Positions 47,705 through 58,412 of a stretch of DNA of 64,000 nucleotides are shown piece by piece; position 1 is the first letter of the stretch, and each line of letters starts with the position of its first letter. Position numbers and translations under genes: made by a program. Source of the stretch: Vulcanimicrobiota bacterium (GTDB taxonomy: Bacteria > Vulcanimicrobiota > Vulcanimicrobiia > Vulcanimicrobiales > Vulcanimicrobiaceae); the NCBI GenBank assembly GCA_028287525.1, contig JAQBPM010000300.1:10232-74231 (forward strand). The letters run 5' to 3'. Under the pieces are notes generated by a model. The model saw only the letters and a list, made by a program, of their open reading frames with translations, did no database searches and had not been told where the DNA came from.

Positions 47705-49311
47705 GCGCCGCCAAACATTTCCGCGATGCCGCGCTCGTCGTCGTCGTCGAAGCCGGGATGCTCCGAGGGGAACGCGAGCCGGTCAACCTCGTCTTGCGTG
47801 ATCGGCGGCGTGCCATCGATCGCGCCGAAAACGCGAGTCGCATGCTCGAGCAATCCCTTCGCGTCCCGCACGTCCTCGTCGGCGTCGTCGTGCTTCTCCA
47901 GACCGAGCTGCTGGCCGCGCGCGCGCTGACCGGCTTCGAACCAGAGGGGCAGCACCGTCTCGCCGCGGCGCTCGTACCAGCCGGCACGCGCCCCCTCGTA
48001 GTGGAACGGCAGCTTTCCCTCGCCGCCGTCGCGCGACGCGATGATGATGACCTTGGCCTCTTTCGGGTTATTGATCGGGTCGGGGCGCCAAGGGCAGAGG
48101 ATCGTGTGCGCATGGTTCTCGATCGCGCCGCCGCCACGGATCTGGCTCAGCGTCGCGCGTGACGGCTCCGTGATCGCTCCGTCTCGGTTCGGGTGGATGA
48201 CGACGAATAGCGGGCACGCGAAGTGATCGGCGATGTTGAGCAGCTCACGGTACACGACGTCGAGCGCCTGCGTCTCGGTCATGTCCTTGCCGAACGCGCG
48301 CGCCTCGTCGATGAACCCGACGTGATCGACGCAGATCCCGGCGAGTTGTCCCATGCGCTTGCTCAGGTCACGGCAGACGCGCCAGATCCCGCGTAGGGAG
48401 CGGTGCTCGCGAGCGACGATGATCAGGCGCCGATCGCGCAGCGTCCGCGCCGCGTCGACCGCGCGTTCCAGGTCGCCGGGTGGGAACTTCCGCAGGCGTT
48501 GCTTGCGCGCAGACACCCCTGAGAGCAGGGCGATCCGCCGGCGCTCGATGCCCTTGTCGCCCATCTCGGTCGCGAAGAACGCGAACGGTCCGGAGCGCTC
48601 AGCGATGAACTCGCTCAGCGTCACGGCGAAGCCGGTCTTGCCCATCTTCGCGGCCGCGACGATCGCGATCAACTCGCCGTCGGTGAAGCCGCCGATGGAC
48701 TCGTTGAGGTGCTCCCACGGCGAGAGCATCAGCCGCACCGGATCCGTGCTGAGCATCTCGCGCACGAGCTCGTCGAGGACGGCGCCCTGCTGCGGCATCC
48801 GTGAAGGCTTCGCGCCGCGCGCCGTGACGCCGGCGATCTCGCGCTCTGCGGCGGTCAGCGCTTCCTCGGGGTCGGATTCGCCTTCGAAGCCGAGCTGCGT
48901 GATCTTCGTCCCGGCGTGGATCAGCCTGCGGAGGCTTGCCGATGCGCGCACCTTCCGCGCGTAGTATTCGGCGGACGCCGCGGTCGGCACGGCGTCCATC
49001 AGTGAGTTGACATAGGCCATCCCGCCGATCTTGTCGAGCATGCCGCGCAGCTTGAGCTCGCCGGCGAGCGCCACTTTGTCGAGCGGCGCGCCGCGCTTGT
49101 AGAGCCCGAGCAGCGAGGCGTAGACCATCTGGTGCATCGGCGCGTAGAAGTCGTCCTCGACGACGATCTCGACAATGGCGTCCATCATCGTCCGATCCAC
49201 GAGGACCGAGCCGAGAAGCGCCATCTCGGCCTCGAGGTTGTTCGGCGGGATGCGGTCGACGGACGAGACGTATCGCGCCGTCGCTGCGCGGTCGATCGGG
49301 GCGACGCTCAT
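47701..49311 (-). CDS. DnaB-like replicative helicase (phage copy)
   Basis: PPNNLEAEMALLGSVL, DFYAPMHQ, Walker A AAAKMGKT, VDHVG, IRGGGAIE. Confidence 0.9.
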   Translation of the reverse strand: MSVAPIDRAATARYVSSVDRIPPNNLEAEMALLGSVLVDRTMMDAIVEIVVEDDFYAPMHQMVYASLLGLYKRGAPLDKVALAGELKLRGMLDKIGGMAYVNSLMDAVPTAASAEYYARKVRASASLRRLIHAGTKITQLGFEGESDPEEALTAAEREIAGVTARGAKPSRMPQQGAVLDELVREMLSTDPVRLMLSPWEHLNESIGGFTDGELIAIVAAAKMGKTGFAVTLSEFIAERSGPFAFFATEMGDKGIERRRIALLSGVSARKQRLRKFPPGDLERAVDAARTLRDRRLIIVAREHRSLRGIWRVCRDLSKRMGQLAGICVDHVGFIDEARAFGKDMTETQALDVVYRELLNIADHFACPLFVVIHPNRDGAITEPSRATLSQIRGGGAIENHAHTILCPWRPDPINNPKEAKVIIIASRDGGEGKLPFHYEGARAGWYERRGETVLPLWFEAGQRARGQQLGLEKHDDADEDVRDAKGLLEHATRVFGAIDGTPPITQDEVDRLAFPSEHPGFDDDDERGIAEMFGGA

Positions 49312-50270
49312 CCCAGCGTCTCGAGGTTGATGTCGGGCATGCCGCCGCCGCTGGGACGTACTGGGCCACCGGTCGTCCGCGCAGGCGGCAGATCATCGCC
49401 GAACCAGTCCCAATGCTGCGAGAGGGTCGCGATCGAACACGCCTTGCGTAGCGGGTTGGTCGCGTCCAGCTTCTTCGCGAAGAGGCGCCGCGAGCGAGCC
49501 TCGAGTTCGGCTGGCGGCCACGACGCGACGAGTGGCTCGGCGTGCGGAAACTCCCGGTACGCGATGTCGGCCGCCTTGAGCTCGAGGTGCTTCGGCAGCG
49601 CCCCGGCCTTGAGAGCGGCGCGGACGAACCAGGTCGCGAACTGCATCGCCCGCCCGGTGCGGATCTCGCCGGCGGGGATGCTCGGCAGCTCGTCGTCGTC
49701 CAGCGGGTCCTCGTGCGTACGCGCGCTCGCGCCCGACGGCGGAGCCGTTTCTGTACTCTGGTCTCTGGTATCTGGGTCGCGATCACGTGCGCGCGGGACG
49801 TGCGATCGCGTGCGCGCGTGAGCTATATCCGACCCGTAATCCGACCCTCGGTTATCCGAGGGGTAATCCGACTCGTCAGCGGGTGGGTTAACCGACGAGC
49901 GCAGCGCGGGATTACCGGAACTCTTTTGACCGTTACGGACATTCCGAAGGCGCCGCTCCTCGTCGCGGACCATCCGGCGCGAGTAGATCGTGCCGTCGTC
50001 GGCGACCGAATAGACCTCCTTGTCCTTCAATTCCGCGAGCAGGCGCTTCACCTCGGCAAGGCGCCGGCTGCCACCGACGTGCTCAGCGATGACCTCGAAA
50101 TCAGCCTCTGAAAGACGCTTCGAAGCGACGATCAGATAGCCGTACGGATCCGCGTCGTGCATGAGCGCCATCATCTCGATCCAGAGGCCGCGAGCAGCAA
50201 AAGAGGTCGAGCGAAGGCGGGTATCGCCGCGCCAATCGCGTGGATAAAACTGCAGGAAGGGGCGCTGCAT
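49308..50270 (-). CDS. Phage replication initiator (DUF1376/YdaU-like N-terminus)
   Basis: PFLQFYPRDW…AARGLWIEM…YGYL…IYSRRMVRD; upstream of the helicase; internal repeats. Confidence 0.75.
   Translation of the reverse strand: MQRPFLQFYPRDWRGDTRLRSTSFAARGLWIEMMALMHDADPYGYLIVASKRLSEADFEVIAEHVGGSRRLAEVKRLLAELKDKEVYSVADDGTIYSRRMVRDEERRLRNVRNGQKSSGNPALRSSVNPPADESDYPSDNRGSDYGSDIAHARTRSHVPRARDRDPDTRDQSTETAPPSGASARTHEDPLDDDELPSIPAGEIRTGRAMQFATWFVRAALKAGALPKHLELKAADIAYREFPHAEPLVASWPPAELEARSRRLFAKKLDATNPLRKACSIATLSQHWDWFGDDLPPARTTGGPVRPSGGGMPDINLETLG
49824..49896. repeat. Iteron-like repeats, putative phage origin
   Basis: ATCCGA at 49827, 49839, 49854, 49866 and AACCGA at 49890; consensus GT(A/T)ATCCGAC. 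Confidence 0.6.
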
Positions 50271-51428
50271 CAGGGCTGAGCCGAGCCCCCCACAACCGCA
50301 AAAGCCACCACAGCCAAAAGCGCCGCCGCCTCATACGCGCGCCAAGCCGCCGCGTTCTGCGCATACGTCGGCGGGTGGTACGCATTGCCGTGGCGCGGGC
50401 CGTCCGAGAAGGGGCGAACCTTGATCGGCATCAAGCTGCCCGCCCCGCAACCGCGATCGGATAGCGCTGCGGCACGAAGCCACTGACGGAGCAGGAACGG
50501 CATTGATCCCGTGCGCCCGCGCCCGGCTTGCCAGTCCGAGCATCGTCACTGCTCGCAACGGTTGCCGAGACGCGGCCTGTCCCATTGCACCCGCAGCACT
50601 TCACGAACGCATCAGCAGCCGTCACGCCGTCACCGCGACCTTCTCGGCGACGACCGTATCGTTCTCCGCGATACACGGCCGGCAGACGCGCAGATCGAGC
50701 GGCGAGACGGTGCACAAGCGCATGACGCGCACCTCGGCCGCGTTCTCGCAGGCGTGGGGGCATTGGCACGTCATGCCGCAACCCTCTCAGGAACGCCGAA
50801 AATACCAGCCAGGATGAACGCGTACGCGCGCACGTCCCGAGCCGTGTCACAGAAGCCGCGATGGCTGGACGGTTGGATCACCTCGACGCGGAGGCAGCGA
50901 ACCGGACGCACGCGACGCGGCGGCTTGACTTTCAGCGCGCGGACTACCGGCTGACGCTCAGGGCGGATGACCGGCTGGCGCGGAGCCTGTGCGACCGGCG
51001 GACGTGCGATACGCACGGGTGCAGGCGGAGCGGCCACGACGACCTTGCGGCGCGGCAGCGCGCGCTCGATCAACTCGTCGAAGGTCAGGCGCCGCGCGAG
51101 GTCCTTGCGGACGATGGTTTCGGGGCGAAGTGCCGCCACGGCCGCCATCACCGCACCGTCGGCATCATGCGAAAATCCACGACGAGCATCACAGCGAGCA
51201 GCACGACCATCGCCACCGTGACGCCAACGCCCCACCGCTCCGACGGCGACAGGCCCCGCCAGAACCGAACCGCGCCCCCGGCAAGCGGCCTCCAAACCTG
51301 CATAATCGGCTCCCAGACTTCGTGGTAGAGCGCGCGCTCGTAGCGCACGCGGCGGCTTTGATCGGGCCGGAACGGAGACGGCCGTGGCAACCCGCCGGGC
51401 CCAACGTCGATCAGGTCGCGATCGCGCA

Positions 51429-51728
51429 TCACGCGACGCTCCAAAGGTGCGGCGACCACTGCCCAGACCCCGAGCGATGCTTGACGCGACCGGCGCGCTG
51501 CAGCTTGCTCAGCGCAGCCTTCACGGACGAGTCAGCCGCGTCCAGTCCTTCAGCGATCTGCGCGAGCGTGAACTCGCCGCCACCGCCGAGCATCGCCAGG
51601 GTCCGATCGCGCAGCGTCGGCTTGCGCGCGACAAACGGCGGATAGATCGGCGCCGCAGTCCCGCGCAGCCGCGCAAGGCCCGCGATGAACACCTCGGTCG
51701 GCACGTCGGCCAGCGTTGCGTACATCAC
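51429..51728 (-). CDS. Winged-helix DNA-binding protein
   Basis: FTLAQIAEGL…SVKAALSKLQRAGRV. Confidence 0.65.
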   Translation of the reverse strand: MMYATLADVPTEVFIAGLARLRGTAAPIYPPFVARKPTLRDRTLAMLGGGGEFTLAQIAEGLDAADSSVKAALSKLQRAGRVKHRSGSGQWSPHLWSVA

Positions 51729-52334
51729 GAAGCGGCCTCCGGAGTCGCCAGAGCCGCGTCCAGCGCCGCGAGCTGACCGTCGATCAGCGCAACGTCGTTC
51801 CGCGCCTGCTGCGCCGCGCCAACGGCCTTCGCCGCCAGCTCGTCGAGCTCGTCGAGCCGCCGGTCGATCATCTCGCGCTGAACTTGGAGGCGCACGCGCA
51901 GCGCGAGGATCCCGGGTCGCGATCCCTTGCGGACGGTGAGGCCGGAGAGGGCTGAGGTGGTCGTGGGTGGGTCGCTAACGAGCACGGGTGCCTCCGATGG
52001 GCAGCGGGTTGACGGCCTCAGCGCCGTCGAGAAAGCCGGAGGCGGTGCGCACGCGCAGATCGCGGCGCGGATCGGCGAGCCGGCGCTTCGTGATGTCCGA
52101 GACGCCGCGCCAGGCGAGCTGCGCGGCATAGATGGCGTTCGCGAACGGCGCGAGCTCGGCGCTGAAGGCGTCCTCGTCGGTGAGGCCGAGACCGGCGTTG
52201 AGCGCCGCCATGTCGGTCTTGTCGATGATGGATGCCGAGAGCAGCGCGCGCGATACGGCGCGGTCGCGATCGTCGGGGTCGAAGAGTCCCATTGGCCGGC
52301 CTCCCTGGGCGGAAAGAGCGTTCATGGCGCGGGT

Positions 52335-53072
52335 TTAAGCCGCGCGGCGTTTGAGTTGACGTTCGAAGTTGAAGCGCAGGTCGGCATCGAGGTCCGGCAT
52401 GCCGCCCTCGAGCGCCCACCGGAAATAGCTGACCGGCACGGCGTCCATCGAGACGCCGCGATGCTTGCCGAACGGCATGAACTTGAGTATGTACGGCCGC
52501 GCGGAGAACGCGATGAGCGTGTCGATCTGTTCGGCCTTGGCGATGCGCGCCGGATCGCCGAGAGCGTGTTCGCGAGCGAAGTTGCGATACAGCCGGAGTA
52601 AATTCTCGAACACGAATCGCGTCACGGCGATGTCGGCGACCGCGCCATGCAGCCGGTCCTCGATCTTCTCGCCGCCGAAGTGATACCACAGGGCAGCGTT
52701 CTTGTGCGAGGTCAGGTCGGGCAGCAGGTGGCGCGCGAGTCGGAGCGAGCAAAGCCACTTGCGATCGGCGATCTCCGGAAGAAAACGCTGGTCGAAGTCG
52801 ACGTTGTGGCACACGATCACGTCGTCCGGCAGCAGCCACGTTTGAAGCGCGTAGAGCGCCTCTTCGCGCGAGGGCGCATCGGCGACGTCCGCATCGACAA
52901 TGTGGTGAAGCGCCGAGGCGTCGGCCGGAATCGGGATCGTCGGCCGAACGAGCGTGGCGAAGCGCCGCTCGCCTTGGATCGCGTGCGCTGCGATCTCCAG
53001 CAGCTGGGCATCATCGCCCAGGCCGGTCGTCTCCGTATCGCAGTAGACGAACGGCGCTTCGTCGATCGTCAC
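52335..53072 (-). CDS. DnaQ-family 3'-5' exonuclease (ExoX-like)
   Basis: DTETTG, HNVDFD, HGAVAD DEDDh motifs; C-terminal MPFGKHRG…PVSYFRW. Confidence 0.9.
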   Translation of the reverse strand: MTIDEAPFVYCDTETTGLGDDAQLLEIAAHAIQGERRFATLVRPTIPIPADASALHHIVDADVADAPSREEALYALQTWLLPDDVIVCHNVDFDQRFLPEIADRKWLCSLRLARHLLPDLTSHKNAALWYHFGGEKIEDRLHGAVADIAVTRFVFENLLRLYRNFAREHALGDPARIAKAEQIDTLIAFSARPYILKFMPFGKHRGVSMDAVPVSYFRWALEGGMPDLDADLRFNFERQLKRRAA

Positions 53073-54064
53073 GACAGCGGCAGCTCCGCGTCGTGCTCAT
53101 CGAGGTCGTCGACGGGCTCCGGATCGTCCTCGACGAGTTCGCCCACGGGCTCCGACGCCGGAGCGGCCGGCTTGCGCCCACGCACGTCGGCAACGATGTC
53201 CGCCATGACGCTGCGCTTGAAGCCGCCGTGCTCGCGGACGATCTGCGCGAGATCTGCCGGCGAGACGCCGTTGTCGATCGCGAGCTGGTCGACCCAATCG
53301 CGCAATTCCTGCGCGGGCACCTTGGCGAAGTCGGGATCCGCACTCGCCTGGCCGCTCGCCGGCTGCACCGCGTCGACCGTCGTCGTGACCCGCCGCGGCG
53401 CGCGAGCCGCAAGCGCGATCTTCACCGCCTCGCGGCGCGTCGGCGCGTTGGTGATCGCCTCGCGCGTCTCATCCGGGACGTCGAGCATCTCCTCGGCCGA
53501 CCGCAGCCCCTTGAGCACGTCGGCGAAACCGTCGCGGCAGGTCCACGAACGCGCCCGCATCTTGGTCATACGCGTCGCTCCGTACTGCTTCCACGGGCCC
53601 TCTTTGTTCCAGAGCCCCGCAGCCTTCGCGTCGGCCACCGTGAACGTGTTGGAGATGATGTTCGGATCGCCGACGCGCTTCGCTTCGCACGTCCAGCCAT
53701 CGCCGTCCGTGCCGGGCGTCCCGATGCGGTATTCCTTGATCCACTCGCACAGCGGCGAGTCACGGACCACGCCGAGCAACCCGTCGCCGTAGAGCGAGGG
53801 ACGACCGTTGATGATCGCGATTGCCTGCAGCGCCTGCATCGGCTTGAGGCCGACCTCCTGGCCCATCTGCACGGCGACCAGCACGTTTGCGGGCTTGCCC
53901 CGGTAGTCTTTGGGCGCGAGGTCGCTCTTGGCGATCGTCTCGGCGAACTGCCACGCCTCGTCGTAGTTGCGCGCCTGCAACGAGAACGTCTCGCCCTCGG
54001 CGATCGTCGCAATCGCGCCCGCATCGTCGTCGCGGCGCGCCAGCGCTGTGTTGGTGACGGTCAT
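53069..54064 (-). CDS. RecT-like ssDNA annealing protein
   Basis: KSDLAPKDYRGKPANV…GQEVGLKPMQAL…INGRPSL; adjacent to YqaJ. Confidence 0.8.
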   Translation of the reverse strand: MTVTNTALARRDDDAGAIATIAEGETFSLQARNYDEAWQFAETIAKSDLAPKDYRGKPANVLVAVQMGQEVGLKPMQALQAIAIINGRPSLYGDGLLGVVRDSPLCEWIKEYRIGTPGTDGDGWTCEAKRVGDPNIISNTFTVADAKAAGLWNKEGPWKQYGATRMTKMRARSWTCRDGFADVLKGLRSAEEMLDVPDETREAITNAPTRREAVKIALAARAPRRVTTTVDAVQPASGQASADPDFAKVPAQELRDWVDQLAIDNGVSPADLAQIVREHGGFKRSVMADIVADVRGRKPAAPASEPVGELVEDDPEPVDDLDEHDAELPLS

Positions 54065-55059
54065 TTCGAACCTGCTTCCTTGACGAGCATCGAGCGTTTG
54101 GGCTTGCCCGCGGTGATGTATTGAGCGTGGCACTCGGGTTGCTCAGTGTTGTGGCGCTTGCCATCGAAAAGAGCCGGCTCTTTGCTGCTCTTAAACGTGA
54201 GCAACTCGGTGCCGAGATAGGTGAGCGTATCGTGATCGCCCATGAATGAGCCGAGCTGCATCTTGAGCGCCTCGGCGCGCTCTTTGCTCGCCTTCTCCTC
54301 GGCCTTCGCATCCGCGTAATCGTCGGCGAGCAGCGCGATCGCGTCGGTCGCCTCGATGGGCTTGGGGATGCTGCGTGGGTGTAGCAGCACGACGTCCTCG
54401 GGAGACGTCGGATCGGGCGGCGCGTTGCGCTTCACGCGGTCGAAGAACTCGCGCCCGGCATCGACAATCATGTCCCAAATGTCGCGGTCGAACGGAATCT
54501 CGTAGACGTCGAAGTCGTTGCCGCCCTTGAGCACGGCGATGTCCCCGATGGGAACGCCGGCGATGCCTTCCTGCTGGGTGACCTGGACGAGTTGCCGCAT
54601 CGGCACTTGGTCGGAGCCAGGCGCGCCGAACTCGTCGGCCGCGACCCAATAGCCGACCATCTTCAGCTCGACGATCCGCTTCTCGCCAATGACCTCGCGA
54701 TCGAGGTTCGCGTGCAAGAAGCGATGCTCGGGATGGTAGAGCATCTGCTTGCGCTGCCGCAGGCGTCGCCCGGTGCGTAGCGTGTAGAGCGTCGAGAGCA
54801 ACGGCTCAGCCGCGAGGCCGATCTCCATCGCCTCGTTCGAAGGCTCGGGCGCAATCTGTCCCGTCATTTCGAGGAACAGTCGCATCCGCGACTTGTACGG
54901 GTTCAGATTCAGGACGGTCGAAATGTCGGACGCGCCGATCGTCTTGGCGCGCTGTGCGAGCCATTCGTCGCGCGTCATCTTGGACGTGTCGACGGCGATC
55001 GGGCGATAGCCGCGCGGGAAGAACGATGCGGCGACGGTTTCGATCTCGGCAGCGCTCAT
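54061..55059 (-). CDS. YqaJ-like viral recombinase exonuclease
   Basis: EWLAQRAKTIGASD, NPYKS, ANLDR…ELK, QVTQQ. Confidence 0.9.
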   Translation of the reverse strand: MSAAEIETVAASFFPRGYRPIAVDTSKMTRDEWLAQRAKTIGASDISTVLNLNPYKSRMRLFLEMTGQIAPEPSNEAMEIGLAAEPLLSTLYTLRTGRRLRQRKQMLYHPEHRFLHANLDREVIGEKRIVELKMVGYWVAADEFGAPGSDQVPMRQLVQVTQQEGIAGVPIGDIAVLKGGNDFDVYEIPFDRDIWDMIVDAGREFFDRVKRNAPPDPTSPEDVVLLHPRSIPKPIEATDAIALLADDYADAKAEEKASKERAEALKMQLGSFMGDHDTLTYLGTELLTFKSSKEPALFDGKRHNTEQPECHAQYITAGKPKRSMLVKEAGSK

Positions 55060-57875
55060 GCCGGAACTCCCGGCCGGATGCAGCCAACACCATCGAACGC
55101 TGACACGCAGCACGCCGGGCAAACGCCATGCTCGCTGCAGAAAACGCGAGCTTTCGCGTCCTGCCAATTGCCGCAGCCGCGGCAGCGATAACGCGGCTGA
55201 GCCCACGGAGGTAGGCTCGGAACCCAACCATCGAACCGCGATCCGGCCAGCGCTGGCAGCATCTTCTGCTCAGTGGCGGCGCTGATCCCAAACACCGGCC
55301 GATCGTACGCGAGGCGGTTGCCGAAAACAGGACCGCGCTCGCCAGGGCGCGTCTCGACCGCCATCCACCAGCAAGCGACGTCTTCGCCGAAGAGGAACGC
55401 GCCGCACGGAATGTTGTCGCCGACGCGCATGCTGCTGAACTCGTCGTCGGTCATCGTCATCGTCTTGCCGTCGCACGTCATGACAAGGCTCCCCGCGCCT
55501 CAGCGCGCTCCCGCGCTTCACGCGCCAGGCGCATCTGATCGCGCGCTTGCTCGCGGTCGGCGAGCGTCTTCGCGTGAAAGTCAGGCCGCGTAGCGGCGTT
55601 GTGGCGGTCGATCGCGTCGAGCAGCGTCTCGCCCGTCCGTGGTCCGATTCGCGTTATCACGCCGCCCCGCCAATCGCGACAAGCGCCGCTCGCGCCGGGA
55701 TCGCCGGCGGCATCGCGACGTTCTGCCCAGCGTGGCCGAAGGCGAGAACGCGCTCGTCTCTGGAGCGCACCAGGGGCCACGGCGCCGGCATCCCGGGCGA
55801 GAATACAACGCGGCCGCCGAGGCGATAGAACATCGTCGGGCGATCCATCACGACGCCCGCCCCAAAGAACGCCCCGCCTCGAAGGAGTCGAGCGCGCGCC
55901 GCGCAGCATCGACATGCCGATCGACGTACTCGATCGCCGACATGACCTTCGGATCGAACTTGCGCGCCAGCACAGCCGCGACGTCGGGATCGACGCCTGC
56001 GCGGACGAGCGCATCGTAGACGCTCACGACGCAACCGCCGCGCCGTCGTAGCAAGGCTGGTGGTAGACCTCGCCCGCCTCGACAACGCCGTCGATGACGC
56101 GCCAGCCGCCCTCGTCGGACTCGACGGCGACCGGCAAGCGACAGTCGTCGCACGGCAGCGTGTAGGTGTCGCGCGCGGCATCCCACGCCGCGTCGCGGCC
56201 GAAAACGTGCGTCGAAGAATCGCCGTGCGATTCGCCGCGATCGTAGCCGGAAGGGCCGGAGAACGTGCCGGCGAGGGCGCGGTATTGGTCGCCGCCAGGG
56301 TCCAAGTGCGAAAATGCCACGGTTAGCGTGCCTCCACGGGTGCGAGCAGGTCATCGAGCAGCGCGTTGAGCGCCGACGCGTAGAGGCCAGCGGCCTCGCT
56401 TTCGCTCACCGGCAGGCGGCGAGGTTTCCCGTCGCCGTCGTCATCGTCGGGCATCACGCCCGCGTACTCGTCGCCGATCTGTACGCCGAAGCCGAGTGCG
56501 CTGACCGTGTAGGTCGCGACGCTCGCGAGCAGCGCCCGAACGAGCGCGTCCTCCGAGGCGGTGTTCGTTTCGTCAAGTTCGGCGCTCATCAACGGGGCGT
56601 CGTACCGATCTTCCGGCAGCAGGCTGACCCAGGCGTAGCCATCCGAGAACACCCGAAGCGTCTCGCCGATCTGCCACTGATCGTCAGCCGTGGCGCGGAC
56701 GCCATCGCGCGCGAGCGCGACCATCTCGGCGCCGCTCATGCAATGCACCCGGCGATCATCTCGTCCGTCACATCCATCGAAGCCGCGAGCGTCGACGGCG
56801 CACACGACGTGCACGTGACCGCCTTTTCGGCCAGCGCCGGCGCGGAAAGCCGCACGGTGCAAAGCGTGATGAGCGGGGACGGGCTGCGGAACGTGCGCGC
56901 CTCGGTGAGGTGCACGCCGTAGTGATACGTCGACGCGTAGTGGACGAGCGACGTTCCTGTGCCGGCGACGCGGACGAAGGCGAGGGGGTTGGCGACGGGG
57001 TGCAGCTGCACGATCTCGGCGGGCATCAGCGATGCGCCTTGCAACGGCAACGGCGCGCGCCGACCTGGCTGCCGGACGTGTTGTTCTGGGCGGCTTTGAC
57101 GGACTTGCCGGACTTGTCGCAGCCGGGTTGTGCGCAGCGCTTCTTGGTCGCCATTACGCCGCGGCCTCGAACGTCGACGCCACGGGCGGCGGGCAGAACG
57201 GGCAAAGACCGTGGCGCAGACGCGCGCCGTGACGCGGGCAGAACGCCCGCGCGTCGCGGCCGACTTCGATCGTCGGCGAGAGCCGGCGCACCGCGATGCT
57301 GCTGCTGAGGGTTTGAGATTTGTGGACAGGTGATAGAATCATCGAGAACGCGCTCCAATCGCGTTGCTCGGGGCTCGATCGTGGTGCAGTGATCGGGCCT
57401 CGAGCGTTTTTAGGCGGTGATCTGTTGGGTCTCGCGCTCGCGCGCGGCAATCGCGGCGTCGCGCTGGCGTTTCGCAGCGAGCGTCGCGTCATAAAAGGCC
57501 GACCCGTCCGGCAGACCGTCGCCGCCCTCGGCGACCGGGCCGGTGCCGAGCAACGACGCAGGCGCGTCGACGACGACCGGCGTCATGCCGCGATCTGGCC
57601 AGCGTCGGCGTACATCGCCTCAGCTGCTTCGTACGCGCGCTCGCACTTGGGGATGATGTCGTTTGCGAGCAGCTCGATGTGCGCGACGGTCGCCGCTCGC
57701 ACGCGTTCGAGTTGCCGCTCGATGGCGACGATCTCGGATCGCAGCGCGCGCTCGTTTTTAATCGCGCGGTCGAGTTCGGCGATGACTTCGCCCTCAACGA
57801 CGACGCAGTAGCCCTCGAAGTCGACGGTGCCGCGCAGCGCGAAGAGCCGCTCGACCTTCTCCTCGATCAGCATGA
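55056..57875 (-). other. Run of about ten small coupled early genes of unknown function
   Basis: Stop/start-overlapping ORFs, e.g. 55056-55481, 56024-56320, 56323-56739, 56736-57026, 57583-57875. Confidence 0.55.
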
Positions 57876-58051
57876 TGTCGGGGTGCGTCGGGCGCGACTT
57901 CTCGCGCAACGGCGACTTCGGGCACTGCTGTCCCTGACCGGCTACGTTAGCGCCATGAAGACCGGGACGCTTGGCGCCAGACCGGGACTGCGAGCCCTTG
58001 GCTGGCCCCGTAGGGCTCACGCCGTTAGGCGGGGCGGGTGGTACCGTCGGG

Positions 58052-58306
58052 CTATGACGCACGACGTACCTCGAGCCGCCGGTCCGTGCGCGAGCTCTCG
58101 TCGGCGACCAAGCGGGTCAGCTCGTCGAGCTCCATCTCCAAAAAAGCGGCGAGGCGCGGCAGCGAGGCGACGTCCGGGAGCCCCCGGCCAGTCCGCCAGC
58201 TATGCGCGACCGTCCGGGAACGGCCCGTCGCCTCCGCGACAGCGATCGACGTGTACTTCCGAAGCAGGCCCGAGACCGTCCGGGGCGCCTCGTGATGCGA
58301 GTGCAT
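58052..58306 (-). CDS. Cro-like HTH protein
   Basis: VAEATGRSRTVAHSWRTGRGLPD…LAAFL; first gene of the lytic operon, divergent from the repressor. Confidence 0.75.
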   Translation of the reverse strand: MHSHHEAPRTVSGLLRKYTSIAVAEATGRSRTVAHSWRTGRGLPDVASLPRLAAFLEMELDELTRLVADESSRTDRRLEVRRAS

Positions 58307-58308
58307 AT

Positions 58309-58412
58309 CCACAGTGTAGCGACTTCGCTTCGTTTGTCAATATGTCGCCCTATTTGAGGCGACTTCGACCGGCGGGGACGAGCGTGGCTGTATGGAAGTC
58401 GCTACACCGTGG
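58309..58412. promoter_or_regulatory. Operator region of the lysis/lysogeny switch
   Basis: 17/18 inverted repeat 58309-58326 / 58395-58412; central GTCGCC-N8-GGCGAC at 58344-58363. Confidence 0.7.
58313..58340 (-). promoter_or_regulatory. Sigma70-type early lytic promoter
   Basis: TTGACA (58340-58335), 16 nt, TACACT (58318-58313). Confidence 0.7.

Noticed and set aside
47701-49311. Host dnaB or an intein in the helicase/terminase
   Set aside because: Gene is in the phage replication operon with divergent motifs; neither protein shows an intein-sized insertion.
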